In this document: positions 38,015-50,320 of the stretch, in pieces
Numbering within the stretch: the first letter of the stretch is position 1
Layout of the letters: each line of letters opens with the position of its first letter
NCBI GenBank assembly: GCA_963514005.1
Contig: OY740794.1
Location: forward strand, 53,444,001-53,508,000
Direction of reading: 5' to 3'
DNA: 64,000 nt
From: Raja brachyura
Taxonomy: Eukaryota
Made by a program: the position numbers and the translations under genes
Notes under the pieces: model-generated
The model's database searches: none
The model's input: only the letters and a program-made list of their open reading frames with translations
What the model was told of the DNA's origin: nothing

Positions 38015-40820
38015 GTAGACACAAAAAGCTGGAGTAACTCAGCGGAACAGGTAACATCTCTGGATAGAAGGAATGGGTGATGTTTCGGATCGAGAGCCTT
38101 CTTCAGACTGGGAGTCAGGAGAGAGGGAAACGAGAGGTATGGAAGGGTAAGGTGTGAAAATAGTAAGATTAAATGATAACTTACCAGTATGAAGTTTGAT
38201 CTTTATTTTATGAGGAGTTGCGATGAGGGATTTCGTGAAGACCCCGCCAGCACGCATGCGCGACATTCTTCAAAGCAGCGGTGTGGAATCACAGAACTAT
38301 CCAGAAATGACTAGTATAGTAAGATTGAAGAGACTCTATATACCAGTTGACCTTATAGTAGAAGGTTGGGAGCGGAGGGCACAAAATCCCTCATTTCCCT
38401 CATCCCTTTGGAGACGGACATGCGTATCATAGAGGCTTGTACAATAAGCTCGTAGTCCGTGAAATGCTCCTAGCATCTCCAAATAATTTATACCTTGTGA
38501 TAATAGAAGGTTAGATTCATGTGAGTCCCATCTGCCGCCACAACTGGAAGTAGTGTCGGTAGCTCCCCAACCCTGGGCGCTTGCATCAGTTTGTAAAACC
38601 ACTGACGGGTAAGGCACAATGATGGGCTTGAATGAGTTACGAATATTATCAATCCACCATTGTAACTCAAATTTTGCCTTGATTGACAGCTGCATAGGTT
38701 TGTCAAAATGTCCAACATTCATTTTTAATGCTGAAATCTTTGTTCTTTGTAAATTTTGATAATGTAAAGGTCCAAATTGGGCAGCTGGAAATGTAGCTAC
38801 CAATTTCCCAATTACCTTAGCAGCATGTCTGATTGTCGGTGCACTGGCGCAAACAAGTTCATTACATGCTCCAATGATATCCATAGGTTTGTTTGCTGGG
38901 ATTGAAGCAATCATTTTATTGGTGTCAATCGTGAATCCCAGATAGTCCATAACCTGTGATGGGTAGAACTTAGATTTGGCTGGATGGATTACAAACCCCA
39001 TTTTTTTAAAACAATGATGTAGTAGCTGTTACTGCTAAATTTGTTGATTCCATGGTATCTCCTACTATTAGGATGTCATCCAAATAGGCCATAACTATAT
39101 GGTTCTGTCTCCTCAGTGTTGCCAATACTGGTTTCAATAATTTGGTAAATAATCTAGAGGCTGTAGTAAGACCATTATGCAGGGCTCTATATTGCCACAG
39201 CTGATCCATCCATACAAATTTGAAGAACTTCCGGTGATGTTTCCGTATGGATACAGAATAGTATGCATCTTTTAAATCGATGCATACCATGGGTATATGC
39301 TGGGGGGCCCAGCCACATATCTCCTTGAACTAGAGGACATAGGGTCCAGCTGCTGGAGATTGTGTTCCAGGAGACGCTCCATCATGCGCTCCATGCGTTC
39401 AATGCAACCGCCACCGACATCTGCGGACGACAAGTCGGCTTCCTCAGGTTCTGGGGAATCCCTGAGGCTTCTGTCATCAGCCCGCACCTCGTCGAGGTGA
39501 TAACACGGGTGCCGTGACCAGATGTCGCTGCCTGCCGCTGCTGCGGGGCTAGGATACCCCCGCGCGAACCTGCCACTGGTCCGCCGTCTTCCGGACGGAG
39601 GCGGCCCACTGGTCTGAAAGGACGTAAGCGGTGATAGGTCGGTCCCGGCCGCCGAAGCGTGGTGCCCCGACGTCCGCGCGGGGTTGCCGCCTGTCCTCCT
39701 TAGGGACGAAGGCGACATTCGGTCACGTCCTGCCGCTAAAGGGGGGTGCGGTGACCGAGATGAGACCTCACCGGCCCGTGATCTGGTGGGGTCCCCGGTG
39801 GTGAGTCTACGCCGGCCGCACCTGCGGGGCTAGTAGACCCCGGTCTCGATCCCTCACCGGTCCGCAGTCTGGCGGCCTGCTCTGGTGGAAAGTCGACCCC
39901 GGCTCCTTCAGCGGGGCTCACCGACTGGTGTGTGGCTCTTCCCCTGGTTCGCCCTCTGGTGACCTGAATGGCTGGGGAGAGAGAATGTGCTGTCGAGCGG
40001 GTAACACGCCTACGCATTTTAGCCATGCTGCCCCTATGTGTAGGGGACAGTGGCAAGGAGTCAGGGTCTTGCCTACCCTGGTCCTGCGCGGTGCTCCTTC
40101 TACTCTGCTGCTCTAAAGACAGCTGTGGTGGAGAGTCGGGTCCCGTTGGTGTAGGGCTTCCCAACTTCCGCGCCCTTTTCCCGGCCCGACAAGCGGGTGC
40201 TGCCGTTGTAGCGGGCAGCTCCGGGGTATGCAGCCGCTGACTTCTATCGGAAGTCCTGCGGCTAGAAATGCTCTTACTCCTGTCCATCGTTCCTGTGAAA
40301 CAAAACATGTTTTCCCCACAGGAACTAACCAACTCAAGGTTAGTTCCCCTTACCTGAGCGGTCCTTATGAAGGTCTGGTGGTGGAGTGCACTCCTCCTCC
40401 AGCCGTCGACAGCAACTGCGAGCGACGATATGTCGCGCATGCGTGCTGGCGGGGTCTTCACGAAGTCACTCACGTGACTCCGAAATGAAATGAGAGATCA
40501 AAGGGGACGAAGCTCAAGGAAAATATAAAATAGATCATTGTTAGCTAGGTGAAGGTGACAACGAGGCATACAATGTAAAATTTAATCAGGTAGACAGTCA
40601 GACGGGTCAGAGAACTAGGATGGGGAGGGATGGAGAGAGAGGGAAAGCAAGGGTTACTTGAAGTTAGATAAATCAATATTCATACCCCTGGGTTGCTAGC
40701 TGTCCAAGCAAAATATGAGGTGCTGCTCTTCCAATTGCATTGGGCCTTACTCTGACAGTGGAGGAGGCCCAGGACAGAAAGGCCAGTATGAGAATGGGAA
40801 ATGGTGTTAAAGCGTTTAGC
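38015..40820 (-). mobile_element. Penelope-derived element split by the DIRS insertion (38015-38160 and 40491-40820)
   Basis: Rejoined halves match the uninterrupted copy at 62235-62580; HSHTGLSVLGLLHC GIY-YIG tail at ~40700-40815. Confidence 0.85.
38157..40491 (-). mobile_element. Internally deleted DIRS element (related subfamily) with both termini, nested in a Penelope-derived repeat
   Basis: Same inverted termini; RT/RNase H fragment 38400-39290 (YLDD, TDASAQGWG); deletions remove YR/MT/most of the ICR (~38400) and gag C-terminus/RT N-terminus (~39290). Confidence 0.93.
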
Positions 40821-42874
40821 AAATGGATGTATGCAAGGCAGGCAAACTGTACATTGATGCTTGCTTGACAAACTTGAGGATTTCCAGTGAGAGAAACACT
40901 GCTTTTTTTTTGTGAACGTTGACGCTGCTACAGGCTGTCCAGTTGTCCGAGCCTTGACAACTGAAACAATTGTTTCTCGTAAAAATGGCTGGGAACCTTG
41001 TCACTTCTCCCTTGCCTCCCCTGGGACACAGATTGCATCGTCGTGATGGAGAGGCGTTGAGAATGCAGCCAGACAGTCCAAAGGAAGATGCCCTCTTTAC
41101 ACTGCATCTAACGAGAGATGGTGGCAGTGGAATCATAACAAAGTTGTGCTCAGTCATCGTACAGGTGGCAACATGTCTGTTCGACAAGAATCTTCTGCTT
41201 CTGTGTGGATCTCTGACAGATGCTGGGCGCCAGGTGTATAGGCCACAAGCCTGGATACACAGTTCATAGCTGTCTCTCACCAGGGTGACTGTAGTATTTA
41301 AGACCAGCATAAGGGTCTACTGGCTGCAACAATACATATTTTGTACACTTAGTGACTGACATTCCTTCCGATTCTGATACAACAACACTACGTTCTGCTA
41401 TGGAGCTCATAAGGTGATGTTAGTGAAATCATTCAACCCTTGCAAGAACGGGCAGATTGGTATCACTGCAAAAAATGACTGCGAATTAAGTACCACAGAC
41501 CAGCGAACTGTGGACGATTGCATGAAGAGGCATAGCTCCGACTCATTGTGGGGGGCAAGGATGATAGGGGTACTCTTCCTGCAGCGAGCATTCATTATGA
41601 ATGCACGATATTATGTATCACAGCAGACTAATGTGGCAAAGATAAGCACAAAGTGCTGGAGTAACTCAGCGGGTCAGGCAGCATCACTGGAGAAAATGGA
41701 TGGGTTACATTTCCTGTTGGGACGCTTCTGGTATAGAAAGAAGGGGGGGGGGGGGGTGGGGGCTGGAGTGCTGTGGACAAGAAAAGTTTAGGTCCCATCA
41801 GGGCAGCCACAAATGATCTCAGGTTGGGGAGTGCCTGGTAAGCCCATAAATAGGTTACTTAAACTTTGAGAGTATTTGTAAGTTGTAAGCTGATTTGGGA
41901 ACTGGGCATCGAATGAGCATTGCAAACAGAAACATCACCAATTAAGTAACTCTATACTTTAATATATAAATGCCCTTCAACATAAATTATCAATCTATTT
42001 ACATTATCCAGGAATGCAAGACGGGCTGAAAATGTGTGGTCCTGATTTGAATGCTCAATTGGAAATAAATTGGCAGCAGTGTTATTGGAGAACAAAAAGA
42101 CTCCAGTGCGACCCAATTTCATGGCCACAAAATATCACAGCACAGAATCATACTATATTATAACAAAAAAACTAAATTTCATAATATCTCCTTTGATAGA
42201 AATGATACCTCAGTTCAAAATCGTTGCGTTGACCTTGCGGCTTGCAAAATTTAAATCCCTCACACCTCCCGCCATGGTATTCATGGGAATTGTTTATACT
42301 TTAAAAATAAACAAAAATCAACGACTCCTTATGAAAACTATCAGCAGATCCTTCCGTTTCTTTCTCTCGAATGTACATACCTAATGTCCCCTTCAGTGTA
42401 ACAAGCAAGCTGGCTGCTGCATGTTTAACAGGGCAGGCAAATTCAGTTATCCCATGTGAACAGGACTTAATAAATGGGCTGAATACTCAGACATTAGACA
42501 AACAGAAGGCAGCCACTTGTGTTTGTAAGAGTTTCAACTATCACACACCAAAGGAAAAAAGACATAGCACTACCATGCACATGACAATTATCACATCCTA
42601 TGTTGAAGTTCAACCCAGTGGGATTAGTTGTCGAGCATAAATGCTCTGTAATTGCTAGTCCTTATCTGGTTCACAGATTCTAATACCTGAAGCTTATTTC
42701 GGGTTATGAAGCGTGTCTCGTCAAAAAAGTGGAGGGGCGGCAGCCCTCCCAGCCCCCCCGGTTCCGCGGTCCATGACTACAACTTTTTGTATCTTCTTCG
42801 TTTTAAACCAGCATCTGAAACTCCGTCTGACCAATCTGATATTGTCTGGTTTACGCCATTGACAAGAGTTATCC

Positions 42875-43672
42875 CTATAAAGTATAAAGTATAAAGTATC
42901 CTTTATTGTCATTCAAACTTTTAGTTTGAACTAAATTATGTGCCTTGCAGTCATGACAGAGAATAAAATAACAGAACACACAATAAACACAGTTTAACAT
43001 CCACCACAGTGAGTCTACCAGGCACCTCCTCACTGTGATGGAAGGCAAAAGTCTTAAAGTCCTTGTCTCTTCCTTCCTTGTTCCCCCTCTGCTTTGAGGC
43101 GATCCATGCGTTCAATGTTGGGCCCCCTGCCAGGTGATGGTAAGTCCCGCGGCCGATTCTGAGCTCCGCGAACGGGCCGGTTCAAACTCCGCGGCCCGGG
43201 GCGGACGAAGCGGCCACCCTCCAGTCCAGCGGACGAAGCTGTTGTTGCGGGAGCTCCGGAGAATCGGTCACCAACCTGGGACCTGCGAGCTTCCGAAGTT
43301 GTCGTCCACTGGGCCCGCGGCCGAAGCCTCCGAGGCTCCAAAGTCGGGCCGCCGCCGCAGCACCACCACAGCCCCGAAGTCGGCCAGCTTTGCGATGGAG
43401 AGTCCTGGCTCTGCCGCAGGAGCCTCGAGGTCGGTTCCAGTTGGAGGCCGCCAGCTCCACGATTAGGCCTCAGGGCAGACGGAGACGGAGATACGACAAA
43501 GAAAAGGTCGCATCCCCCCGAAGGAAGAGACTAAAACAGGTTTCCCCCGCCCCCCACACATACACAACTAAAAATAAACTAAAACATACGTCCAACAAGA
43601 CAAAAGAAACAAAAAAAAGAAAAAGACAGACGGACTGCAGGCGAGCCGTAGCTGCTTGGGCAGCGCCGCCAC
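42875..43672 (-). mobile_element. Composite GC-rich retroposon, copy 3, (ATACTTT)n tail
   Basis: Reverse complement has GGCGGCGCT..CCTGCAGTCCGTC head, same hairpin, GAATGACAATAAAG. Confidence 0.75.
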
Positions 43673-43814
43673 TTTAAGACCAAACTAAGGTTGCATCGTA
43701 ACGAAGAAATTAAATTTCATAATTTCACCTTTGATCTGAATGGAACCTCAGGTTAATATCATTTTATGTTGATATTGCAGCTTTCAACATTTAAATCCCT
43801 CACTATTCCAGCTA

Positions 43815-44420
43815 TTACAACATAGACCAGTACAGCACAGGAACAGGCCCTTCGACCCACAATGTCCGTGCCAAACATGATGCCAAGTTAAATAATCTCC
43901 TATGCCTGCACATGATCCATACCCCTCCATTCATATGCATATTCATGTGCCTATCTAAAAACCTCTTAAATGCTACTCTTGTGTCTGCCTCCACCAAAAC
44001 TCTTGTCAGCGTGTTCCAGATACCCACGACTCACTGTGTAAGAAGCTTGTGTAAAAAGATCTCCTTTAAACTTTGCTCATTTTACCTCAAAGCCATGCTC
44101 TTGAGTATTTGACCTTTCTGACGATCTGCCTTATCTATGCCTCTCATAATTTTATCTTCCTCCATCAGGTGTCCCTCAACCTCCAGCATTCCAGAGAAAA
44201 TAATGCAAGTTTGTCCAACCTCTTCTTATCGCTAATACCCTCTAATCCAGGCAGCATTCTGGTAAACTCTTCCATGCCCTCTTCATAACTCCAAATACAG
44301 CTTAACCAAAATCCTATTAAGCTGCAACATGACTTCTTCACTCTTGTACTCAATGTCCCGATCTATGAAGACAAGTATACCGTGCCACTTCTTTACCACT
44401 TTACCACCATGTGTTGCCTA
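43815..44420 (-). mobile_element. Older CR1 3' fragment
   Basis: FTRMLPGLEG..RLDKL.LFSLE; WNTL..VEADT..AFKRFLD. Confidence 0.8.
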
Positions 44421-46789
44421 GAACAATAACAACAACAGAATAAGTAATTAAACAGTCATTTACTAATTAAAGGCCAATATGGTGCAATATCCTAACTCTG
44501 AAGTACATGGATAGCGATGCTTCAGATCAGAAATGAGCAACACACCAAATTGACAATGAGGGAGAAATGAAAATTTTCATAATGAATTACATTATCAAAG
44601 TAGTGCAGCCTTGCTTCCAACGGATAGGAAACCCTGATATATTTTCTCATTGCTTCACGAACTATGATGTTAACTACAGACAAAGCCAAATTCATTTTCT
44701 GTATCAACAAGTCAAAATATCACAATGCTCCAAAATCTCCCTGCATTCTGCTGATTAAATATCAGGATGATGATGTTAGGATTTTGCTCTGCTATCTTTT
44801 ACAAATGGCACTAGAGGAAATGACACAGCATTGAGGATGTAAAGCATTTCACATGTGTTGAATAAGAGAAGCCAGTATGAAATTGGTTGCGGCTGCAAAC
44901 ATTGCTCAAATATTTGCTTATAGTTTCCTGAACTGTATCAACTTAACCAACAGGAACAATGCAGGAAAGATCGTTCTATTTGATTCAGACAAATAATACC
45001 CACATGTTAATGGAACAATCAATAACTACAGAAATTAATTATTAGTTTATACACAGCAAAATAGTAGCAACAGCAAAATCTGATATATTGGATGAATTAA
45101 ACCGTTGCAGGGTCATTTTTATTCAGCTACTCGCCCACGTCTTAGCTTTGAGCCGTTCATCTAAGCATTTAACTCACGTAACACTAACCACGGGAAACTA
45201 GAAGAGCCTTCAGTATATTTATTATAATCAATTGCTGGATGCCCCTTCTAGTTCAGTGAGTGAATGCACATGCTGCCTCATGCTCTCACCCATATGAATG
45301 GAAGAAATGAAGCTGCTGCAGGAATCTAGAGCTGATGCCAAGTGGTCCACATTCAGGCAGTTTTCAATTTCATTCAATCTAAAAGCCGACACCACCAATG
45401 CAAAAACGGGACAGGAGAATTGCAGGTTAAAAGTGTACAATTATATCATACATTGCATCGTACACTATAACCACAAGCCATTCACTGTTAAATATTTGTG
45501 TTCAACAAGTAGCAAATCCTATTTGAAATAAAAAGTTTTGTTTTCCATCTGTAGGCACAGCCTTTGAGCAGAGCTTTTACTATATTACAAAAAAAAAGTG
45601 CCGGAGTAATTCAGCGAGTCAAGCAGCTCCTCTGGAGAACATGAATGGGTGGATATTCAGCGGAAAGCCAAGAGATGTACATTGAAAGGATAGAGGTAAA
45701 ACTGCAAAGGAAACTGAGGAAATGAAGAGTGTATGAAAAATATATTGTCAAATACTGGGTAAATCAATTGAAATATGTTTCATAACCTCATAAAGAACAA
45801 GTGGATATGCATGGAAATAGTCAAGTCAATTAGAAACCAAAAAATATATACGCTGTGTGGAGGTGGATGTTGGTACGGTTTGGCTGCTGAAGTTATGGGT
45901 TAGAAGTGTGAAATATTAGATATGATAAGCCTAGTAAAAGAAGAGAAATCACTAGACCTGAACAAGAAGTATCTCGAGGTGATAAAAGATGCACTAAAAA
46001 TAAATTTTCAATCCTTCCAGACTGCAGGGGTGATACCAGAGTATTGTGGAACTGTTAATTTAGCACCTATGTTAAATTGTCAGTTAATTTAACTTTGGTG
46101 AATGCAATGGCAAAGGTCAATATAAACATTTACTGAGAACAGCACAGATTAATCAGACAGTCACCGTGGATTTGTAAAGGGAAGATCGTGTCTGAAGCAA
46201 TGATTCATTTGAATTGAATAAGATAGCAAGGATTGCAATGAGAATATTATGCAAACATTGATTTTAGTAAGGATTGTAGAGGGTACAGGGGTGATTTGGA
46301 AGGATCTAGCTGAAAACACCCATGCCGAAAAATGGGGTCAACTACGCAGACGCAAAAGATTGCAGTTACAAAAAACAGACTGCTGGAGGAACTCAGCATA
46401 GCAGGTCGCTGTGTGACATATCCTACCACAGATGCAGCCTGTTCCGCTGAGTTCCTCCGACAATTTGTTGGCTTTGAAACAGAAGATGCTGAGGGGAGAC
46501 TTTAATCACAGTGTTCAAACTTATGAAGGCCCAAGAGTAAGTGGGAAAGGACTTTATATTGAAAAGTTCTTTATCAGTGGAAAAGATGCAAAAGACCAAA
46601 TGGTCTCCTTTTGTGGTGTAGCTTTTCTGTGATTACGCGGACCACAAGTCTGCCACCTCAGTTAATCATTTGGAGTATCAGTGAGCATTCCATTTAACAT
46701 ACAACAAATTTACTGGACATGGACACAATATGCTGGAGTAACTTAGCGGGTCAGGCAGCATCTCTGGGGAAGAATCGGCAAGAAGTAAT

Positions 46790-47050
46790 GGGCCTGTCCC
46801 ACTTAGGAGATTTTTCAGTCGCCTGAAAAGTTGGGAACTGGAACGGCGACTGTCAGAGTGGAACACACAGACAAACACAACGCTTCCTTCACCAGCCCGT
46901 GTGAATTTTTTATACAGCGCTCCCCCCGCTTGCCTTGCCTAAACAATTCACACGGTGCAAAGCCAAGGTGATACAGACACACACAGCGATGAACAGGAAT
47001 GTTGGCGCTGTAAAAAGACGGCTAAAGTGTACGGTAAGTCCCTTGAAAGG
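46790..47050. mobile_element. Possible truncated MITE inserted in a Penelope-derived unit
   Basis: Begins GGGCCTGTCCCACTTA (TIR-like); the host unit resumes at ~47075; second TIR not found. Confidence 0.4.
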
Positions 47051-49689
47051 TGGGGGGGGGGGGGGAAATAAACTAAACGGAATAGGTGATGTTTCGAGTC
47101 GAGACCCTTCTTCAGATTGAGAGAGATAGATTCTAGAAATGGATGGCTTGGTTTTTATGTCTTTACATTTTTAATTGTTGTATTTTACATTGTTGTTTTT
47201 AAAATCACCACATACCTCCAAACATACAACTCCATAACCCTCGGAGATATCTACGTCTACGCAATATTGGACTCTAGACCATTCTTAAACTCTCCACCTT
47301 TAATAACTGCCCCATTAGATTCCTTAGATGGCACACCAACAATTTTTGGTTCACTTGATAATGCTCCTGTGATAGGCCATAAAATATTTTTGCAATGTTA
47401 AAGATGCTATTTAAATTTTAAAAATAGCTTAATTTAACCTGCATATGAGGCCATGTTAATCTTTAAAAAGATTTAACAAGAATCTGAGTGGCAATATTCT
47501 CAAATGTTTCCATGGTGGGTAAATGTAGCGAGCTGCCAGAGGAGATAGTTGAGGCAGGTAGAATAATAACATTTAAAGGACATTTGGACAGGGAAGGTTT
47601 CGAGGTATATAGGATTTGTGGTAACTCTTCAAAATAATCTTAACCTTCAATTCTATCAGATCAGATCCAGAATTGGGAACAGATTTGATACATAATTATA
47701 CACTACATCCCTCACTCACACAATTCTTAGATGTAAAGAGTTATATATTGCCTTTAGCAAGACTCTTAAAAAGCCATGTTTTGTTTTCCTTTACTTTGCT
47801 CATTAACCCAGGGCCATTGTTGAGTAGGAACAATTCTCCAAACAGCATAAATCACAGCTGAACACTCCATGAACACTCTCTAATAAAACTTCACTCTGTT
47901 CATTCGCCTTGTATTTCACATAACCCATCAGAGAAAATAGAGACCTTCAAGTTTGTTTCTTAAGATGTCTGCATTCTTACCCCAAGCTAAAATACTTGGC
48001 CTCGGTAAAAGGCCGTATGAAATAGCTCTGCAGAGAGATGAGGAAACATGGATTACATGCAGGCTAACAAAACCAACTGACCAGCAATCCTCAAGTGTGT
48101 GAAATGCTTGGCAATTTTAATTCAACATTCTGAACTGTTGCACAGTCAAAATTTAAATTTTAATGTATTATTGATTTGTGACCAAAGGAATTCAGCAATA
48201 GTATTGTACAGAATTTCTGTTATTCCAAGTGCACATGATTTTTTTGATCCCGTAACTATCCATATCATAATATTTTATGAACAGTAGAACTTTAATTATT
48301 GAAAGTGTTCTTTTTTTATTTTGCATTCAAGCATAATTGCAATAATTATCTACAATAAACTGATAATCAACCCAGCATAGATTGCCATTTTAAATTAGAT
48401 CCTTAGCACCATTAGTTTAGTTTAGTACAGCGTGGAAACAGGCCCTTCGGCCCATCGAGTTCGCAAAGACCAGCAATCACCAATACACCCAGCTCTATCC
48501 GACACACTAGCCAATTACAGAAGCCAATTAACTTACAAGCTTGCACGTTTGGTCACATGGATAACGTACAAACTCCACACAGACAACACCCATAGTCAGG
48601 CTCGAATGTGGGTCTCTGGCACAGTACCACTGCGCCACTGTGCCGCGCACAGGAACCCTAGGGATAATCTACTGAATTTGGACAATAGACAACATATTTT
48701 CAGTATGCATTCTGAATGGTCAGGAAAAAAGGGAATATTTACAATTGATGAGGTTTTTTTCGTCCATCCGATCCACAAAGGGAAACTTAAAATGTATTCA
48801 CTGTGTTTCTGCAAGAGACCAGCTACAGTTTAATCCAGTGAGACTAATGGATCTGAGAGAAAAAAAAAGTTTTTGTGACAAACCAAAGATATGCATGAGA
48901 TACTAATACAAAGCTATTTATCATGACCAATGAATCTTTATTTTGGATGCCTCCAGTAGAATAGGAAAGATTTTCTTTATTAATCTACTTCTGGTTAAAA
49001 TTCAAAGACCAAATTTAATTTGATGGAAACATTGATATGATGGGGGGGGGGGGGGGGGGGGGGGGGTGGGGGAGGGGGGAGGTGCTGTACTTTTGCCCTT
49101 TAAATTTAACAAATGCGGAGATTCAACATGTAACATTGGTCAGGGTTCAGCAAATGAAATATAATTGTAAAAGATTGTAAACTTACAGGCCTGGATAGAT
49201 GTACGATGGCTCACAGAGCAACTAATAAAGTATGAGATGAAGTGTTGCAAGATCTTAGATGCAATCATAAAGTAATGGGAGGTTTACTTTAATGCTGGTT
49301 GGAGATTTTTGTCAATGGCTATCAGTAATTTCATCAAGCTCTGAAGCAGACAGGTTAAAGGGTTGTATTTATATCTGGGAAATTGTTAAATGTTTACTCT
49401 AGAAAATCAATCTATGATGTATTTGACAGGCGATCCGTCCATAAGAGAGTTTGTTCTGAATTTTTGATAACAAGGAACTGCAGATGCTGGTTTATAAGAA
49501 AGAAAGATACAACATGCTGGAGTAACTTAGAGGGTCAGGCAGCATCTTTGGAGAACAGTGAGGAGTGATGTTTCGTGTTGGAATCCTTCTTCAGACCTTC
49601 AGAATGTACTCAGACTAGGAAACGGGAACAAAAACACAGAGACTCAGCTGGAATGATTTCAAAGGCTCGGGTGAGTTGATATATCTCTT

Positions 49690-50320
49690 CATGATCTGTG
49701 GTCCAGTGTCGCTCAACGCTATTTGAATTACTAATGGTTGTGTGATAGAGTGATTTTCACACAAAAATACTGACATAGTGCAGGGCATGAATAAAGACCT
49801 TCCTTCCAAAACTTCTCAGGCAACCGGTGTAATATAAATATTTTGATGGTGTGACAAATGCTGATAAGGCGGTGCATTTCGCTGTCAAATTTTTAAACTC
49901 TCTGTCATCACCTGGTATGAGGTTACATAATCTTGAACTAAAAGTAGCTATAATTGTGCTGCTCGGGAATTTGTACCCACCGATACTACACGGCAGCACA
50001 GAGTAATCAGTTCAGAAATTACTGTGACATGTAATAATGACTGGAAATGCTGTTGGGGAAATGTCCTCATCCCTCAGATACCAATTATCCCATCTGATCT
50101 ACCTTTCCAATTCAAATGACTTCAGTTCCCTGTTCAACTTAATGCTATGAGCATTAACAAGGTGCAAGGCCAATCACTAAAAGATGATGGTCTTAATTTC
50201 AAAATTCAATGCTTTGACCATGGTCAGCCTAATGGCGATTGCTCCAGAGTTGAAGATGAAATAATCCATACATTTTTACACCAGATGCAAAAGGAAGAAT
50301 TGTGGTACATTCTGAAAAAT
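49690..50320 (+). pseudogene. Degenerate Helitron PIF1-like helicase C-terminal fragment
   Basis: WLCDRVIF; FLNSLSSPGMRLHNLELKV..LLGNL.PP; VLIPQIPIIPSDLPFQFK*LQFPV; AMSINKVQGQSL..CFDHGQ...CSRV, collinear with Helitron RepHel motifs. Confidence 0.88.

Noticed and set aside
49041-49082. Poly-G runs (also ~2385, 41743, 47052) as functional G-quadruplexes
   Set aside because: Simple homopolymers, possibly of unreliable length; no supporting context.
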